From contig JAJTCJ010000026.1 in assembly GCA_021323165.1 (NCBI GenBank), forward strand, positions 1,804-65,803: a DNA stretch of 64,000 nucleotides. Direction: 5' to 3'. Position 1 is the stretch's first letter. Every line of letters starts with the position of its first letter. Positions 62,073 through 64,000 of this stretch are shown one piece after another. The notes beneath the pieces were generated by a model. The model ran no database searches and was not told the DNA's origin. It was given only the letters and a program-made list of their open reading frames with translations. The DNA is from Bacteroidota bacterium (GTDB taxonomy: Bacteria; Bacteroidota; Bacteroidia; 2-12-FULL-35-15). The position numbers were made by a program, and so were the translations under genes.

Positions 62073-63098
62073 TTAATAATCAAAACTGTTCTCTTTGCTG
62101 TTCAGCTGTTTCCAGATCTCATCCTTCAGTTCAACAATACCTTGTCCGGATTGCGCAGAAATATAATGAAGAGGAACTGTTTTATCCTTGAATCTTTTCT
62201 TCAGATCTTTTTTTAATTCCCCAAGTAATTCATCGTCCATCATGTCGCATTTGGAAATTGCAACGATTCGTTTTTTATGAAGCAGCTCAGGATTAAACTG
62301 ATCAAGCTCATTAAGAAGGATCTTGTATTCTTTTACAATATCATCAGAATCAGCAGGAATTAAAAATAGCAAAGTTGAGTTACGTTCTATATGTCTCAGA
62401 AAGCGCAGACCAATACCTTTTCCTTCGTGAGCCCCTTCAATGATACCGGGAATATCCGCCATTACAAAAGATTTATAATCGCGGTACTGAACAATTCCCA
62501 GGTTAGGAACAAGCGTTGTAAACGGATAATTAGCTATCTCAGGTTTTGCTGCGGAAACAACAGATAATAAGGTTGACTTACCCGCATTTGGAAAACCAAC
62601 AAGACCAACATCCGCAAGAACTTTCAACTCGAGTATCTTCCACTCTACCAATCCGTCTTCACCTGGCTGTGCATAACGTGGAGTCTGATTCGTGGAAGAT
62701 TTAAAATGATCATTTCCCAAACCACCACGGCCTCCAGGTACAATAATAAGTTCCTGTCCGTCTTCAGAGATCTCCCCTTCTATTTCTCCTGTCTCAGCAT
62801 CTTTAATGATAGTTCCCAAAGGCACTTCAAGGATCTCATCCTTCCCTTCTTTTCCCGTCATCCGGGCACTTCCGCCACTTCCACCATCTTCAGCAATAAC
62901 ATGCTTGCGATATTTTAAGTGGATCAGTGTCCAGAACTGCTTATTCCCACGTAAGATTATGTGTCCGCCCCTTCCGCCATCACCACCATCAGGACCGCCT
63001 TTAGATGTCAGCTTACTTCTGTGCAAATGAACAGAACCTCCGCCACCTTTACCGGAGCGACAACATATCTTTACATAATCAACAAAATTTGTATCCAT
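62073..63098 (-). CDS. obgE: GTPase ObgE
   Basis: [42 protein letters not shown]. Confidence 0.97.
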   Translation of the reverse strand: MDTNFVDYVKICCRSGKGGGGSVHLHRSKLTSKGGPDGGDGGRGGHIILRGNKQFWTLIHLKYRKHVIAEDGGSGGSARMTGKEGKDEILEVPLGTIIKDAETGEIEGEISEDGQELIIVPGGRGGLGNDHFKSSTNQTPRYAQPGEDGLVEWKILELKVLADVGLVGFPNAGKSTLLSVVSAAKPEIANYPFTTLVPNLGIVQYRDYKSFVMADIPGIIEGAHEGKGIGLRFLRHIERNSTLLFLIPADSDDIVKEYKILLNELDQFNPELLHKKRIVAISKCDMMDDELLGELKKDLKKRFKDKTVPLHYISAQSGQGIVELKDEIWKQLNSKENSFDY

Positions 63099-63206
63099 AC
63101 CAACTTACTAATAACGAATCTATACTAATTTACGAATAACGAATCTTGACTATAAATAGCGTAGGTCATCCTGAACTTGTTTCAGAATCTGCGCGTGGAC
63201 CTATAA

Positions 63207-64000
63207 TTATCTTCTTTTCTTCCCGCCTTTTTTAACTGCTTTTTTCGGAGAAGTTTTTTTAGCTGCTTTCTTAGGTGTTACTTTTTTAACAACCTTTTTA
63301 GCTGATACTTTCTTTACAGCTTTTCTAATCATCTTCTTAGCACTTGCTTTTTTTACAATCTTTTTTACTGTTTTTTTTGCAGGCACTTTTTTAGCGATCT
63401 TCTTTACTACTTTCTTTATAGTTTTTTTAGCTGCAGGTTTTCTTGAAGTCACTTTCCCGCCTTTACGGCCGGCAGGCTTAACTACTTTTTTTGCAGAAGC
63501 CTTTTTAGCAGATACCTTCTTCATTGATTTTTTTGCAACAGGCTTCTTTGCAGCAGCTTTTTTAGCAGCGATCTGTTTAGCAGCAGGCTTCTTTTTCGAT
63601 GCAGCCGGACGTGCAGCTTTGGCAGCAGTCTTTACTTTCTTTTTTGCAATGACTTTTTTAGCAGCAGGTTTTACCTGAGCTTTACCTGCAGGCTTCACTA
63701 TTTTTTTTGCTGCAGGTTTCTGAGCAGCTTTCACTCTTTCAGGAGCTGCCTTACCTACTTTAGTGCGTGTTTTTGATTTATCTTCAGTCTTTTCGTCACC
63801 TGAAAAAACATTCTTTACCATATCAACAACTTTAGCTACAATACCTTCAGATTTTTCAGGTTCAGTAGTCTTTGGTGTTTTTTCGCTTTGAGTGAAATTG
63901 ATCGCATTACATAATCCTTCGAAGATCTCATCAATAGTTCCGATCCCATGAACAGAACGATATTTATTCTGAGCCATATAGTAATCTCTCAAAGGAGCAG
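63207..64000 (-). CDS. adk: 3' part of adenylate kinase extended by a Lys/Ala-rich histone-H1-like tail; 5' end outside the window
   Basis: Frame is open to the window edge: APLRDYY.AQNKY..VHGIGTIDEIF resembles the Adk C-terminus; position directly upstream of obgE; followed by about 220 aa, mostly KKAAAKK-type repeats. Confidence 0.75.
   Translation of the reverse strand, partial: APLRDYYMAQNKYRSVHGIGTIDEIFEGLCNAINFTQSEKTPKTTEPEKSEGIVAKVVDMVKNVFSGDEKTEDKSKTRTKVGKAAPERVKAAQKPAAKKIVKPAGKAQVKPAAKKVIAKKKVKTAAKAARPAASKKKPAAKQIAAKKAAAKKPVAKKSMKKVSAKKASAKKVVKPAGRKGGKVTSRKPAAKKTIKKVVKKIAKKVPAKKTVKKIVKKASAKKMIRKAVKKVSAKKVVKKVTPKKAAKKTSPKKAVKKGGKKRR

Overview
AT-rich chromosomal segment of a Bacteroidota genome (T9SS cargo, PorP/SprF, TAnnTTTG promoters, adk-obgE synteny) with about 55 CDS and no rRNA, tRNA or CRISPR array. 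The left part is a secreted/surface cluster: an amidase and a GH18 sharing a duplicated CUB/T9SS tail, an LRR protein, a SprB/PKD adhesin, and a TPR-CTD-PorP-mtgA operon. Housekeeping genes follow (purL, APC permease, SDR, amidohydrolase, ltaE, pafA, crcB, obgE). Five observations stand out. (1) A GxxExxY (PD-(D/E)XK-like) gene is bracketed by 40-bp inverted repeats built from CACNNAG units with 8/9/10/8 spacing; an empty copy and solo arms lie elsewhere, and the arms are translated into the termini or signal peptides of neighbouring genes. (2) An integrase-less, integron-like cassette region has an attC-like site and self-complementary cassette ends (DUF6602-like and Amj genes), followed by short co-oriented accessory genes. 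(3) REP-like palindromes carry nested AGCCTG-YCC micro-hairpins. (4) An adenylate kinase is fused to a long histone-H1-like tail. (5) Several genes have abrupt internal deletions or frameshifts, which may be real decay or assembly error. All family calls come from motif recognition, not database searches.
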